Origin: Geobacter sulfurreducens PCA
GTDB lineage: Bacteria; Desulfobacterota; Desulfuromonadia; Geobacterales; Geobacteraceae
Assembly (NCBI RefSeq): GCF_000007985.2
Contig: NC_002939.5
Span: 630,001-662,000 of the forward strand
DNA: 32,000 nucleotides
Direction: 5' to 3'
Position 1 is the first letter of the stretch. Every line of letters starts with the position of its first letter. A program made the translations under genes and the position numbers. Positions 1 through 9,284 of the stretch are shown piece after piece. The notes beneath the pieces were generated by a model. That model saw nothing but the letters and a program-made list of their open reading frames with translations. It did no database searches and was not told where the DNA came from.

Positions 1-1
1 C

Positions 2-262
2 CTGGAGCTTCGCGTCGCTACGGACTCCCAGGCCGGGGTTGGTGGCTATGTTCCCCAGAATGTGGAAGAGCTCAAGGAGACAAAGCGCCAGATACGGGAG
101 CGGGCCGTGGAGCCCATAGAGAAGGCGTTCGTGCTCCAGGCGCTCAAGCGCAACAACTGGAACATTACCAGGGCAGCCGAAGAGACGGGGATGTTGCGTC
201 CCAACTTTCAGGCATTGCTCAAAAAACTCCGGATTTCAGTACGTAACCAGATGACGAACTGA
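2..262 (+). CDS. sigma-54-dependent (NtrC-family) response regulator, C-terminal fragment; the 5' part lies outside the window
   Basis: The frame is open from nt 2 to TGA 260-262. The tail NWNITRAAEETGMLRPNFQALLKKLRI is the Fis-type HTH that ends NtrC-type enhancer-binding proteins. The GTG at 62 in the ORF track is internal. Confidence 0.7.
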   Translation: MELRVATDSQAGVGGYVPQNVEELKETKRQIRERAVEPIEKAFVLQALKRNNWNITRAAEETGMLRPNFQALLKKLRISVRNQMTN

Positions 263-288
263 ACATCTCGGCGTACCGGCTCAAATAC

Positions 289-320
289 AAAAAGGGGCAC
301 ACGCGCGTGTGCCCCTTTTT
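289..320. terminator. bidirectional rho-independent terminator shared by convergent genes
   Basis: AAAAA-GGGGCACAC-gcgc-GTGTGCCCC-TTTTT: a perfect 9-bp GC-rich stem flanked by an A-run and a T-run, lying between the stop at 262 (+) and the stop at 359 (-). Confidence 0.75.
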
Positions 321-358
321 GTATTTACGGCTGTCTTGATGTCCGTACCGCAGTCGGA

Positions 359-1969
359 TCAGGCGCTTTGCTGTCGCTGGCCGGCTGCTGCTGCAGCTTC
401 GAGGGGCGCCTCGTGGAGGAGGGGGAGGCGCACAGTGAACGTGGTACCCGCCCCCACGGTACTCTGCACATCGATCCTGCCGCCGTGCCCCTCGATGATC
501 CCGTAAGAAACCGAGAGGCCCAGCCCCGTCCCTTTGGTTTCCTTGGTGGTAAAGAAGGGGTCGAATATCTTGCCGATTATTTCATCGGGGATACCACAGC
601 CTGTATCGGTAATTGCAACGCTGACCTCGTCATTCACGTGATCAAACCCCGTCCTGATGTGTACTTCTCCCGAGCCGGCAATGGCGTGGCAGGCGTTCAG
701 GAGGAGGTTGATGAATACCTGTTCAATCTGGTGGGGATCAAGGAGCATTTCCGGTATGTCCGGGTTGTACTCTTTAACGACGGTGATGTCGTGGAAGCAT
801 GACTGGTGGACCACCAAGGTCAGGGTGGCATCCATGATGGCATTGATGGAAGAGGGCTTTTTCTGCGGGATCGACTCCCTGGAGAAATCGAGGAGCCCCT
901 TGACGATCTTGGCACAGCGCTGGGTCTCTTTGACGATCAGGTCCAGGTCGGCCTTGAGCGACGGATCAAGTTTTTTGTCACTGGCCATGAGCGACGCGAA
1001 GACCAGGATGCCGGTCAGGGGGTTGTTGATTTCGTGGGCAATGCCGGCCACCAGTTCGCCCAGAGAGGCAAGTTTTTCGGAATGGACGAGCTGGGCCTGA
1101 ATGTTCTTGAGCTCCTGGGTCCGCTCCTCAACTTTTACCTCCAGGTTTTTGCCCCAATCCTCAAGCTCGCCATGAACCTTCTTGAGGTTGACGGTCATGG
1201 AGTTGAAGGCCGATGCCAATTCTCCCAGCTCGTCATGGGACGACAGCGTCACCCGAGTATCCAGATCTCCTTCGCCAACCTGCTGGGTAAGCCTGACTAG
1301 CTGCCGTACCGGTCTGTTGACGAAGCGCTGGGTGAAAAAGGTCAGGCAGAGGGCGATGAGCGTGATCTGCAGCACCGTCAGCACGATGATCTCGTTGCGG
1401 TAGGCGTAGACCTTCTGATGCATGGGGTCGAGGGAGACGATAACGTCGAGGACTCCCAGGACTTTTGCCTCCTTCGGGTGATAGTGGCAGGGGGCGGTAA
1501 AGCAGCGCTCGTCGTTGTAGATGGCCTTTGCAAGGCCGAGAACCTGTTTTCCTTCCCTGTCGGTGAAGAGGCGGCTGCGGTTCATGGTGGTGGCATGGAC
1601 CAGGGGCGAGGGGCCCGAATGGCACATGTTGCAAGCCTCGGCCTTTTTATCCAGGAAGTAGCCGATTTCCCTCTGGTCCGTCGAATGGGTCACCTGGCCG
1701 AACTTGTTGATCATTCTGATCCGCTGGGTGATTCCCTTCTGACTCCCCACCTCGTTGATGATCTGATAGGCGCGCTCGCGGTTGTCTTCGAGCATGTGGT
1801 AGTGGGTGGTGCGGATGATCGTTTCGCTGAGCTTGTCGGCGTCGGAAACCGCCTCTTCAAAGAGGAGTTTCTCCAGCTGCTCCACGTTGATATAGGCAAA
1901 GAGCCCCATGGTGACGAGGAGTACGAAGCTGGTGGCAATCGTGAATTTGGCGAGAAGGCTCAGGCGCAC
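359..1969 (-). CDS. sensor histidine kinase (TM - periplasmic domain with CXXCH - TM - HAMP - HisKA - HATPase_c)
   Basis: 536 aa with two TM helices (res 7-27 and about 194-215). HAMP segment RPVRQLVRLTQQVGEGDLD...ELGELASAFNSM. H-box AGIAHEINNPLTGI, N-box LLLNACHAI, G-boxes DTGCGIP and GTGLGLS. The periplasmic loop contains CNMCH and CFTAPCHYH. Confidence 0.9.
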   Translation of the reverse strand: MRLSLLAKFTIATSFVLLVTMGLFAYINVEQLEKLLFEEAVSDADKLSETIIRTTHYHMLEDNRERAYQIINEVGSQKGITQRIRMINKFGQVTHSTDQREIGYFLDKKAEACNMCHSGPSPLVHATTMNRSRLFTDREGKQVLGLAKAIYNDERCFTAPCHYHPKEAKVLGVLDVIVSLDPMHQKVYAYRNEIIVLTVLQITLIALCLTFFTQRFVNRPVRQLVRLTQQVGEGDLDTRVTLSSHDELGELASAFNSMTVNLKKVHGELEDWGKNLEVKVEERTQELKNIQAQLVHSEKLASLGELVAGIAHEINNPLTGILVFASLMASDKKLDPSLKADLDLIVKETQRCAKIVKGLLDFSRESIPQKKPSSINAIMDATLTLVVHQSCFHDITVVKEYNPDIPEMLLDPHQIEQVFINLLLNACHAIAGSGEVHIRTGFDHVNDEVSVAITDTGCGIPDEIIGKIFDPFFTTKETKGTGLGLSVSYGIIEGHGGRIDVQSTVGAGTTFTVRLPLLHEAPLEAAAAAGQRQQSA

Positions 1970-2130
1970 GGCAGCGGTTCCCGATTATCTGACGGAGTTG
2001 CTGTGAAGTGACTGTAAAAATTGTATTAACAGAAGATTAATGTGCAGGGCATTAATAGTCAAGCTGCTTGTGACTCCGGATCGGGAGTCTCCGGAGGTGA
2101 CACCGGCGGGAATAGTATGTATGATGTGAA

Positions 2131-5100
2131 ATGGTTGGCCTGAACGAGGCGCTTCACGAGGTGGTAATGACCGGAACGAAACGTAGAGAACTCTATTTCC
2201 CCTTTGAACTGCACGTGTCCGGCCGGGCGTGGCAACGCCTCGACCTGGAAACGGCAGCCAAGGGGCTTCCGCCATCAGGGGGGCGCATTCTGTTCCTGCG
2301 CCGGATCGCAGAGCGTCTTGATGTCGCTTCTGAAGCGAAGGGGCGGCAGGTCTTCGCCGGAGCCCTTAACCTCTATACGCTCTTGCTTCGGGCGTTGCGC
2401 GGCATGGTCGCCCTCTACGATGAAAAGGGACTGCCGGGAGCGCTCCTGTCGTCACTGGGAACGGCCGGCGCCGTCTGCGGCGAAGACGCTGTCGAGACGG
2501 TTGAGCGGAGTTTCGTGGGGCTTTTCCCTCCTGCCGCGGTGCTTCTCGGCGGAGAGAGTCCTGATCGCTTTCTGGACGTTGCCGCATACCGCGAACAGCG
2601 GCGTTGCCATGTGGCGACCGAACTCCTGCTCCTGCGGGTGGCGTCGGAAAACCGGGCGACCGATACCTTCCGCCACCTGTTTGACGACGGCGAGCTGGCA
2701 GCCGTTTCTCCCTACCGACGCGTGATGGAAGCGGTCGAGGGCACGCTTGGAGCGCTTCCTCACGTGCCGGGACTCGGTCTGACCCTTCCCGAACTGCTGC
2801 GTGCCCCCCTCAAGGCTGCGCCCGACTCCCTGGAGGGGCAACTCTCATTTGTCCGGGAGCAATGGGGGACCTTTCTGCCGTCCGAGCTTGTGGAGGATAT
2901 CGCCATCGCCTTCGGCATCCTTGAGGAAGAAACCCGCGCACGCTGGGGAGGAGCCGGGCCTCCGCAGGTTCTCAGGTTCGGACCCGGGGCCGGGTTCTCC
3001 GGTCCTGACGACCACTATCCGGAGCCCGAGCGGTTCTCCCCCGACGTGGACTGGATGCCGAACGTGGTCCTCATTGCAAAGATGGTCTACGTATGGCTCG
3101 GGCAGTTGTCCCGTTGGTACGGCCGCGAGATCACCCGCCTGGACCAGGTTCCCGATGCGGAGCTCGACAAGCTGGCCAGCTGGGGAGTTACGGGACTCTG
3201 GCTCATCGGCATATGGGAGCGCTCCAGCGCCTCGCGTGCCATCAAGCACCGCTCCGGCAATGTCGACGCCATCGCATCCGCATATTCACTCTTCGACTAT
3301 CGGATTGCCGACGACTTGGGCGGATGGGACGCGCTCCACGACCTGAAGGAACGGGCGTTGCGCCGCGGCATCCGCCTCGCCAGCGACATGGTCCCCAACC
3401 ACACCGGCATCTACTCCAAGTGGATCGTGGAGCACCCTGACTGGTTCATCCAGCTCGACCACCCCCCCTACCCCACGTACCGCTTCACCGGTCCCGATCT
3501 CTCCGGTTCCCCCGAGGTGAGCGTTCACATCGAGGACGGCTACTGGGACCGCACCGACGCCGCCGTCGTCTTCAAAATGTACGATCATCGGGATGGGTCC
3601 ACCCGCTACGTGTACCACGGCAACGACGGCACGAGCACCCCCTGGAACGATACGGCCCAACTGGACTACCTCAAGCCGGAAGTGCGCGAGGCGGTGATCC
3701 GGACCATACTCCATGTGGCCCACAACTTCCCCATTATCCGGTTCGACGCGGCCATGACCCTGGCCAAACGCCACTACCAGCGCCTCTGGTTTCCTCAGCC
3801 GGGGCACAGCGGAGTCCCCTCACGGGCCGAGCACGGCATGACCAGGGCCGCTTTTGATGCCGCCATGCCCGAGGAGTTCTGGCGTCAGGTGGTGGACCGG
3901 GTTGCCGCCGAAGCGCCCGATACCCTGCTGCTGGCCGAGGCCTTCTGGCTGATGGAGGGATACTTCGTCCGGACCCTCGGTATGCACAGGGTATACAACA
4001 GCGCCTTCATGAACATGCTCAAGATGGAGGAGAACGCCAAGTACCGCCAGACCATCAAGAATGTACTGGCCTATGATCACCGCATTCTCCAGCGGTTCGT
4101 GAACTTCATGAACAACCCCGACGAGCGGACCGCCGTAGAGCAGTTCGGCAAGGAGGGAAAGTACTTCGGTGCCGCAGTGCTGCTGGTCACCATGCCGGGC
4201 CTTCCCATGCTCGGCCACGGACAGGTTGAGGGATTCCACGAGAAGTACGGCATGGAGTACCGGCGCGCCTACTGGGACGAGCCGGTGGACGAGCATTTGG
4301 TGTCCGGACACGAGCGTTGGATTTTCCCGCTCATGCGCCGTCGCCCCCTTTTCTCCGGGTCGGGCAACTTCGTGCTCTATGACTTTTTCGTGAACGGAGC
4401 GGTAAACGAGGATGTGTTCGCCTACTCCAACCGCCGGGGAGACGATCGGGCGCTCGTTGTCTTCCACAACCGGTTTGCCGCCACTTCCGGCTGGATCAGG
4501 AGTTCATGCGCCAAGGTCGCCAACCCTGAAACGGGTGACACTGCCCCCGTCCAGACCGATCTGGGGACGGCCCTCGGCTTCAACGACGATGGCCGGCACT
4601 ACTACGCGTTCCGCGACCACGCGGCGGGACTCGAATACCTGCGAAACGGCCGTGAGCTTTGCAGGGAGGGGCTGTTCGTTTCCCTGGAGCCGTACGAGTT
4701 CCATGTGTTCCTCGATTTCAGAGAAATCCGTGATGACGATTTCGGAACCTGGGGTCACCTCTGCCATCGATTGAGTGGAGGTGGGGCGCCAAGCATCGAC
4801 GAGGAGGTAAAGCTCGTCCGCCATGGTACGCTCGTGGCGCGGTTCGTCGATCTCTGGGACGAGCCGGCGGTGCTTGACATCCTCGCCTCCCCCGGCAGCG
4901 TCACTGCAGCGCGCCGGAAGGTGACGGCGGCGTTCCGTGAGAAGCTCGTGGCGTTCCTGACGGAGTTGGCCCGGGAGACAGGGGCGTCAGGCGAGGTGGG
5001 GACCGTTGCTGACACGATCATGGCCCGGCTGGCTCTGCGGGTGACGCTGGGCGCAGTCAAGCCGGGAAAGACGGACGAGCATGGCCCCGGCACCTGTGCC

Positions 5101-5712
5101 GCTCCCGGTGACGCCTCGCTGGACCGATTGATCCGTGGTTGCCTCGCGGTTGTCGGCGAAGCGGGTCGACTCGCCAGCGCTGAAGGCTACCGCGCCCGCT
5201 CCGCTGAATGGTTTGTGACCCTGGGGCTGCGGCGAGCTCTGGCCAACATCCTTCGCGCAGCATGCGATAGCGGCGACAGTGAGGCGTCGCGCGCGGATTG
5301 GGCTGTCCTTCTGGTCGAAGTGCTCCTGGGTCTGGGAGAGGAAGGCCTTGACACCCCAGAGGCGCTGGATCGCTGCCTGGCGGGACTTTTTGCCGACCGC
5401 GAGGCAGCCCGTCTTCTCGGCGTCCACCGTAGCGGGGGTATCGACTGGTTCGTTCAGGAGCGGTTCGAGGCCCTGGTGGGCTGGATTCTGTCCCTCGCAG
5501 GCCGGGATGCCGCCGTTTCGAAACAAACGGGCTGGCATGCCGGCTACCGAACGATGCGTGCCCGCGAGGTGGCGCGCCTGACGGCGATGGCGCGCACGGC
5601 CGGCTATCGGGTCGATCTCATGCGGGCGGCCCTGCTGGAGACGACGGAGCGCAAACGTCCTCGCGCCAGCAAGAAACCTGTTTCGGCGCCTAAACCTTGT
5701 GGCAACCGGTAA
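2131..5712 (+). CDS. large alpha-amylase (GH13)-family protein with long N- and C-terminal extensions
   Basis: 1193-aa ORF. GH13 region I DMVPNHTG, region II IRFDAAMTL (nucleophile Asp), region III LLLAEAFW (acid/base Glu), region IV FMNNPDE. ATG 2167 has a better SD (GAGGTGG, 5-nt spacing) than ATG 2131, so the true start may be 2167. Confidence 0.85.
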   Translation: MVGLNEALHEVVMTGTKRRELYFPFELHVSGRAWQRLDLETAAKGLPPSGGRILFLRRIAERLDVASEAKGRQVFAGALNLYTLLLRALRGMVALYDEKGLPGALLSSLGTAGAVCGEDAVETVERSFVGLFPPAAVLLGGESPDRFLDVAAYREQRRCHVATELLLLRVASENRATDTFRHLFDDGELAAVSPYRRVMEAVEGTLGALPHVPGLGLTLPELLRAPLKAAPDSLEGQLSFVREQWGTFLPSELVEDIAIAFGILEEETRARWGGAGPPQVLRFGPGAGFSGPDDHYPEPERFSPDVDWMPNVVLIAKMVYVWLGQLSRWYGREITRLDQVPDAELDKLASWGVTGLWLIGIWERSSASRAIKHRSGNVDAIASAYSLFDYRIADDLGGWDALHDLKERALRRGIRLASDMVPNHTGIYSKWIVEHPDWFIQLDHPPYPTYRFTGPDLSGSPEVSVHIEDGYWDRTDAAVVFKMYDHRDGSTRYVYHGNDGTSTPWNDTAQLDYLKPEVREAVIRTILHVAHNFPIIRFDAAMTLAKRHYQRLWFPQPGHSGVPSRAEHGMTRAAFDAAMPEEFWRQVVDRVAAEAPDTLLLAEAFWLMEGYFVRTLGMHRVYNSAFMNMLKMEENAKYRQTIKNVLAYDHRILQRFVNFMNNPDERTAVEQFGKEGKYFGAAVLLVTMPGLPMLGHGQVEGFHEKYGMEYRRAYWDEPVDEHLVSGHERWIFPLMRRRPLFSGSGNFVLYDFFVNGAVNEDVFAYSNRRGDDRALVVFHNRFAATSGWIRSSCAKVANPETGDTAPVQTDLGTALGFNDDGRHYYAFRDHAAGLEYLRNGRELCREGLFVSLEPYEFHVFLDFREIRDDDFGTWGHLCHRLSGGGAPSIDEEVKLVRHGTLVARFVDLWDEPAVLDILASPGSVTAARRKVTAAFREKLVAFLTELARETGASGEVGTVADTIMARLALRVTLGAVKPGKTDEHGPGTCAAPGDASLDRLIRGCLAVVGEAGRLASAEGYRARSAEWFVTLGLRRALANILRAACDSGDSEASRADWAVLLVEVLLGLGEEGLDTPEALDRCLAGLFADREAARLLGVHRSGGIDWFVQERFEALVGWILSLAGRDAAVSKQTGWHAGYRTMRAREVARLTAMARTAGYRVDLMRAALLETTERKRPRASKKPVSAPKPCGNR

Positions 5713-5748
5713 CGCGATGGCTTGTCTCTGTGGGTGGTGGCGGAGCTA

Positions 5749-6513
5749 ATGGGCCTGTTTGCGCGATGGCGGAGAAAAAGGTTGCGGAGAGGCGGATTCC
5801 CGCCCCAATGGTTGAAAATCGTTGAACGCAACGTGCCGTTCTACGGTCGTCTTTGTGTTGACGACCAACAGGAGCTGCTGCGGCATGTGCAGGTATTCGT
5901 GGCAGAAAAGAGTTTCGAAGGCTGCAGCGGCATACAGGTAACCGACGAGATAAAGGTTACGGTTGCCGCCCTTGCCTGCCTGCTCATCCTCCATCGACCC
6001 GGCGATTACTACCCGTACCTTTCATCGATCGTCATCTACCCCGATGAATACGTCGGCCAGCGGCAGCGCTGGGACGAGGGAGGGGTGGTCACCGAGGGTC
6101 CCGAGCCCCGGGTGGGCGAGTCATGGGAGTTGGGGACCGTTGTCCTTTCCTGGAAGGATGTGGTGCTGGACGCCCAGGCACCCGATGACGGGTTCAATGT
6201 GGTGTTCCATGAATTCGCTCACCAGCTCGATCACGAGGACCGGCTCACCGATTATGACGGCTTTCTGCCCAATGAACCCGAGCAGTCGCCCTGGCGTGAG
6301 ATTCTGGAGCGGGAATACCGGCGCCTGATTGACGATGACGAAGCCGGCCGCTGGACGTTTCTCGACCCCTACGGGGCCGAAAGCCCAGCGGAATTTTTCG
6401 CAGTGGCGACCGAGAGCTTTTTCGAGATGCCCGGCGAGTTGAAGGCCCGTCATACGGGACTCTACGAATTGTTGCGTTCGTACTACCGCCAGGACCCTGC
6501 CGTCTGGGAATAA
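5749..6513 (+). CDS. MtfA-like zinc-dependent peptidase (HExxH)
   Basis: The N-terminus MGLFARWRRKRLRRGGFPPQW, the motif HEFAHQLDHED and the tail ESPAEFFAVATESFFE are typical of the MtfA (peptidase M90) family. ATG 5749 is preceded by GGAG. The TTG at 5722 used in the ORF track is a less likely start. Confidence 0.75.
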   Translation: MGLFARWRRKRLRRGGFPPQWLKIVERNVPFYGRLCVDDQQELLRHVQVFVAEKSFEGCSGIQVTDEIKVTVAALACLLILHRPGDYYPYLSSIVIYPDEYVGQRQRWDEGGVVTEGPEPRVGESWELGTVVLSWKDVVLDAQAPDDGFNVVFHEFAHQLDHEDRLTDYDGFLPNEPEQSPWREILEREYRRLIDDDEAGRWTFLDPYGAESPAEFFAVATESFFEMPGELKARHTGLYELLRSYYRQDPAVWE

Positions 6514-7400
6514 CCCTCGTCAGGTGAAGTCTCCACCACCTCAATTTCGATGTAGTCCGAGAGGTTGGGGTCGCTGGCGCGGCGCAGGGTGACCTCGGTG
6601 GAGACAAGTTTCTTGTTGACGTAGGAGTACCCCGACAACACGATGACCTGTGCCGATGTCTTGATGCCGAAAACCTCGGCGGGCGCCGGCATCCCCTCAG
6701 CATCCCCAGCCACGATCACGGTCCGGTGAATCTCTTTGAGCTTCCGGTCGAAGAATTGTTCCACCTCCCGCAGTTCTCCCTTTACCGCGTAGAGCACGTT
6801 ACGCCGCAGAGCCTCATTTTCGCGGATCTGAAACACGCGGGAGCCGGGAAAGCGGCCGGTCCGCGGCTCAGGGGCGGGAATGTCGACGGCGGGAATGATT
6901 CGCTGTTTTTTCCATGAGGTGGCAAAACCGGTACTCACGGGGATGTGAAGCTCGTAAACCGCCGCCGTAAGAGGAACAAGAGGTTTGTTGGTCTTGATGT
7001 CCCGGACCGTTCCGTCGGAGATTTCAATGGTATCCGGTTCGCCTTCCACCTTTCGCGTCATGGTGATTGCCGCGTCCAGGACGGTCCGATCCCATGCGAA
7101 GTCGCCATAGTAGGCGGCCCCGTAGATGCTGATCCCCCGGGAAATCAGGCTTTCATTAAGTTTGCGCACGTTTCTGCTGGTAATTCCCCGGTCTGAGGTG
7201 ATGGTCACGAGCCGGCGATCTCCCTCTGTGGTAACCGTAATATCCCGGTACTGGAACGAGGGGGAGAAGAGGGGGGCGAGCGTCCGTTCGGCCGGAGAGG
7301 CTTCGTGTGCCTCCACCGTCAGGTAATCCTGCGGGGCCGCCGAAACCATTGCCTGCACGGGTGCTGCGAGTAACAACGCGGTACCTGCCGTTGCTGCCAT
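6483..7400 (-). CDS. secreted hypothetical protein
   Basis: Long minus-strand ORF. The internal ATG at 7400 gives a classic signal peptide MAATAGTALLLAAPVQA/MVSA, whereas the longer ORF start at 7496 adds a non-signal leader. I recognise no family. Its 3' end overlaps the convergent peptidase gene by 31 nt. Confidence 0.6.
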   Translation of the reverse strand: MAATAGTALLLAAPVQAMVSAAPQDYLTVEAHEASPAERTLAPLFSPSFQYRDITVTTEGDRRLVTITSDRGITSRNVRKLNESLISRGISIYGAAYYGDFAWDRTVLDAAITMTRKVEGEPDTIEISDGTVRDIKTNKPLVPLTAAVYELHIPVSTGFATSWKKQRIIPAVDIPAPEPRTGRFPGSRVFQIRENEALRRNVLYAVKGELREVEQFFDRKLKEIHRTVIVAGDAEGMPAPAEVFGIKTSAQVIVLSGYSYVNKKLVSTEVTLRRASDPNLSDYIEIEVVETSPDEGYSQTAGSWR

Positions 7401-7660
7401 GGCCTGTCTCGCGAAGTGAATGCATCTGTCCAAACGCACGGGGATCTCCTTTCGAGCTGGTTCGCTTCCGTCAATGACACGCATGAAGAGATTCATCCCG
7501 CCAGGAAGGAAGACGAACGGTCTGTTTCTGATACTGCCGGAGGATGGGGTGGGTTGCGGATAGTTAGGAATGTCTAATTATACATATCCGCTACTCGATT
7601 TCCAGCAAAATGTTTGGCGGGGTGGGGCATCGGCTTTGCTGCGTTCGGGCCGGAAAGCGC

Positions 7661-7694
7661 AAATGGGGCTGCGGCGTGTGCCGCAGCCCCATTT
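7661..7694 (-). terminator. hairpin downstream of tRNA-Thr (probable terminator)
   Basis: GGGGCTGCGG-cgtgtg-CCGCAGCCCC, a 10-bp perfect stem flanked by AAAT/ATTT, 9 nt after the tRNA 3' end on the minus strand. The U-tract is weak. Confidence 0.5.
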
Positions 7695-7702
7695 GTATAT
7701 GC

Positions 7703-7778
7703 TGGAGCCACCGATCCGACTTGAACGGACGACCTGCTGATTACGAATCAGCTGCTCTACCGACTGAGCTACGGTGGC
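7703..7778 (-). tRNA. tRNA-Thr (anticodon CGU)
   Basis: The minus strand reads GCCACCGTAGCTCAGTCGGTAGAGCAGCTGATTCGTAATCAGCAGGTCGTCCGTTCAAGTCGGATCGGTGGCTCCA. Acceptor stem GCCACCG/CGGTGGC, anticodon stem CTGAT/ATCAG with loop TTCGTAA, T-loop TTCAAGT, encoded CCA, 76 nt. Confidence 0.95.
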
Positions 7779-7879
7779 CTGTGCTGCAAACTGCATTGTG
7801 TCCCTGATCAGGCGGCTGCATTTCATCGGAAGCCGGCGGCCTGCCATGGAATGCATCGTCTGCAATGAAGAGACACCAG

Positions 7880-7908
7880 TATTTAACCTAACTGGCGGAT
7901 GGTGTCAA
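7880..7908 (-). promoter_or_regulatory. candidate sigma-70 promoter upstream of tRNA-Thr
   Basis: The minus strand reads TTGACA-N17-TAAATA (plus-strand tgtcaa 7903-7908, tattta 7880-7885). This would give a leader of about 95 nt before the tRNA. Confidence 0.45.
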
Positions 7909-7924
7909 TAAGTAATCCCGGTCG

Positions 7925-9235
7925 CTAGAGGGTTGCCGTCCGCTGCTTTTCCATGGCGTCGTCCATCACCTTGTAAGCACAGAACTCGCCACACATGGTG
8001 CAGGCGCCGTGCTCGGCCACGCCCGATTCGTCGCGCATGCGCCGGGCTTTTTCCGGGTCGAGGGCCTGTTCGAATTGACCTTCCCAGTCCAGCTTCTTAC
8101 GGCATTTAGCCATGGCGATGTCCTTAGCCATGGCCCCCTTTACCCCTTTGGCTATATCGGCGGCATGGGCGGCGATGCGGGAGGCGATGACCCCTTCGCG
8201 GACGTCTTCCACGCTCGGCAGTCGCAGGTGCTCGCTCGGTGTCACGTAGCAGAGGAAGTCGGCCCCGGCCGCCGCGGCGATGGCGCCGCCGATCGCGCAG
8301 GTGATGTGGTCGTAGCCGGGAGCGATATCGGTTACCAGCGGGCCGAGGACATAAAAGGGAGCGCCGTGGCAGAGTCGCTTCTGGAGGAGAATGTTCGCTT
8401 CGATCTGGTTGAGCGGCACGTGCCCGGGGCCTTCGATCATGACCTGAACCCCGACGTCCTGAGCCCGCTGGGTCAGCTCGCCCAGAAGGATCAGCTCGTG
8501 GATCTGGGCCCGGTCAGTGGCATCCGCGAGGCAGCCGGGGCGGAAGCCGTCCCCCAGCGACAGGGTCATGTCATATGCCTTGACGATGTCGAGCAGCCGG
8601 TCAAAGTGCTCGAAGAGAGGGTTTTCGGCGTTGTTGTAGGTCATCCACTCCACGGTGAAGGCGCCGCCGCGGGAAACCACGTCCATGATGCGCCCCTCGT
8701 TCTTCATGCGCTCGACCGTGGCGCGGGTCACGCCGCAGTGGACGGTTATGAAGTCGACTCCGTCCTCGGCATGCTTGATGATCCCCTCGAAGATATCGTC
8801 CACGGTCATGTCGACGATGGCCTTTTTCTTGGTCCTGACCGCATCAAGGGCCGCCTGGTAGAGGGGGACGCTGCCGATGCAGGCATTCGTCTCGGCGATG
8901 ATCGCGCGGCGGATTTCGTCCACCGGTCCGCCGGTGGAGAGATCCATGATGGCGTCGGCACCGTGGCGAACCGCCACCCGGGCCTTCTCAAGCTCCTTGG
9001 TGATATCCGTGTCGTCGGCGGAGGTGCCGATGTTTGCGTTGACCTTGGTCCGTAGCCCTGTGCCCACGGCCAGGGGGCGGCCGTTGTGATGCTTGTTGTT
9101 GTGGCAGATGATGATGGTCCCGTCGGCAATGCCCGCCTTGATGAATTCGGGCGATACCCCTTCGGCCAGGGCGGCCTCTTTCATCTTGTCGGTGATGATT
9201 CCGTTGCGGGCGTATTCCAGTTGCGTCATAGCCAT
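7925..9235 (-). CDS. thiC: phosphomethylpyrimidine synthase ThiC
   Basis: 436 aa starting [22 protein letters not shown] with AAGGAG 8 nt upstream. Conserved ThiC blocks ([25 protein letters not shown], and the C-terminal CTMCGEFCA cluster motif). The upstream 138 codons of the track ORF are a non-coding extension. Confidence 0.95.
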   Translation of the reverse strand: MAMTQLEYARNGIITDKMKEAALAEGVSPEFIKAGIADGTIIICHNNKHHNGRPLAVGTGLRTKVNANIGTSADDTDITKELEKARVAVRHGADAIMDLSTGGPVDEIRRAIIAETNACIGSVPLYQAALDAVRTKKKAIVDMTVDDIFEGIIKHAEDGVDFITVHCGVTRATVERMKNEGRIMDVVSRGGAFTVEWMTYNNAENPLFEHFDRLLDIVKAYDMTLSLGDGFRPGCLADATDRAQIHELILLGELTQRAQDVGVQVMIEGPGHVPLNQIEANILLQKRLCHGAPFYVLGPLVTDIAPGYDHITCAIGGAIAAAAGADFLCYVTPSEHLRLPSVEDVREGVIASRIAAHAADIAKGVKGAMAKDIAMAKCRKKLDWEGQFEQALDPEKARRMRDESGVAEHGACTMCGEFCAYKVMDDAMEKQRTATL

Positions 9236-9284
9236 GTGTCGATACTCCTTGGTCGTTATCCGGGTGATTTCTGCCGGTCCCCGA

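Noticed and set aside
7497-7924. tRNA-Thr as an integration site for a genomic island.
   Set aside because: There is no integrase, no direct repeat of the tRNA 3' end, and no compositional shift. The flanking genes are thiC and an ordinary secreted-protein gene. The ORFs 7578-7865 (-) and 7610-7807 (+) merely overlap the tRNA.
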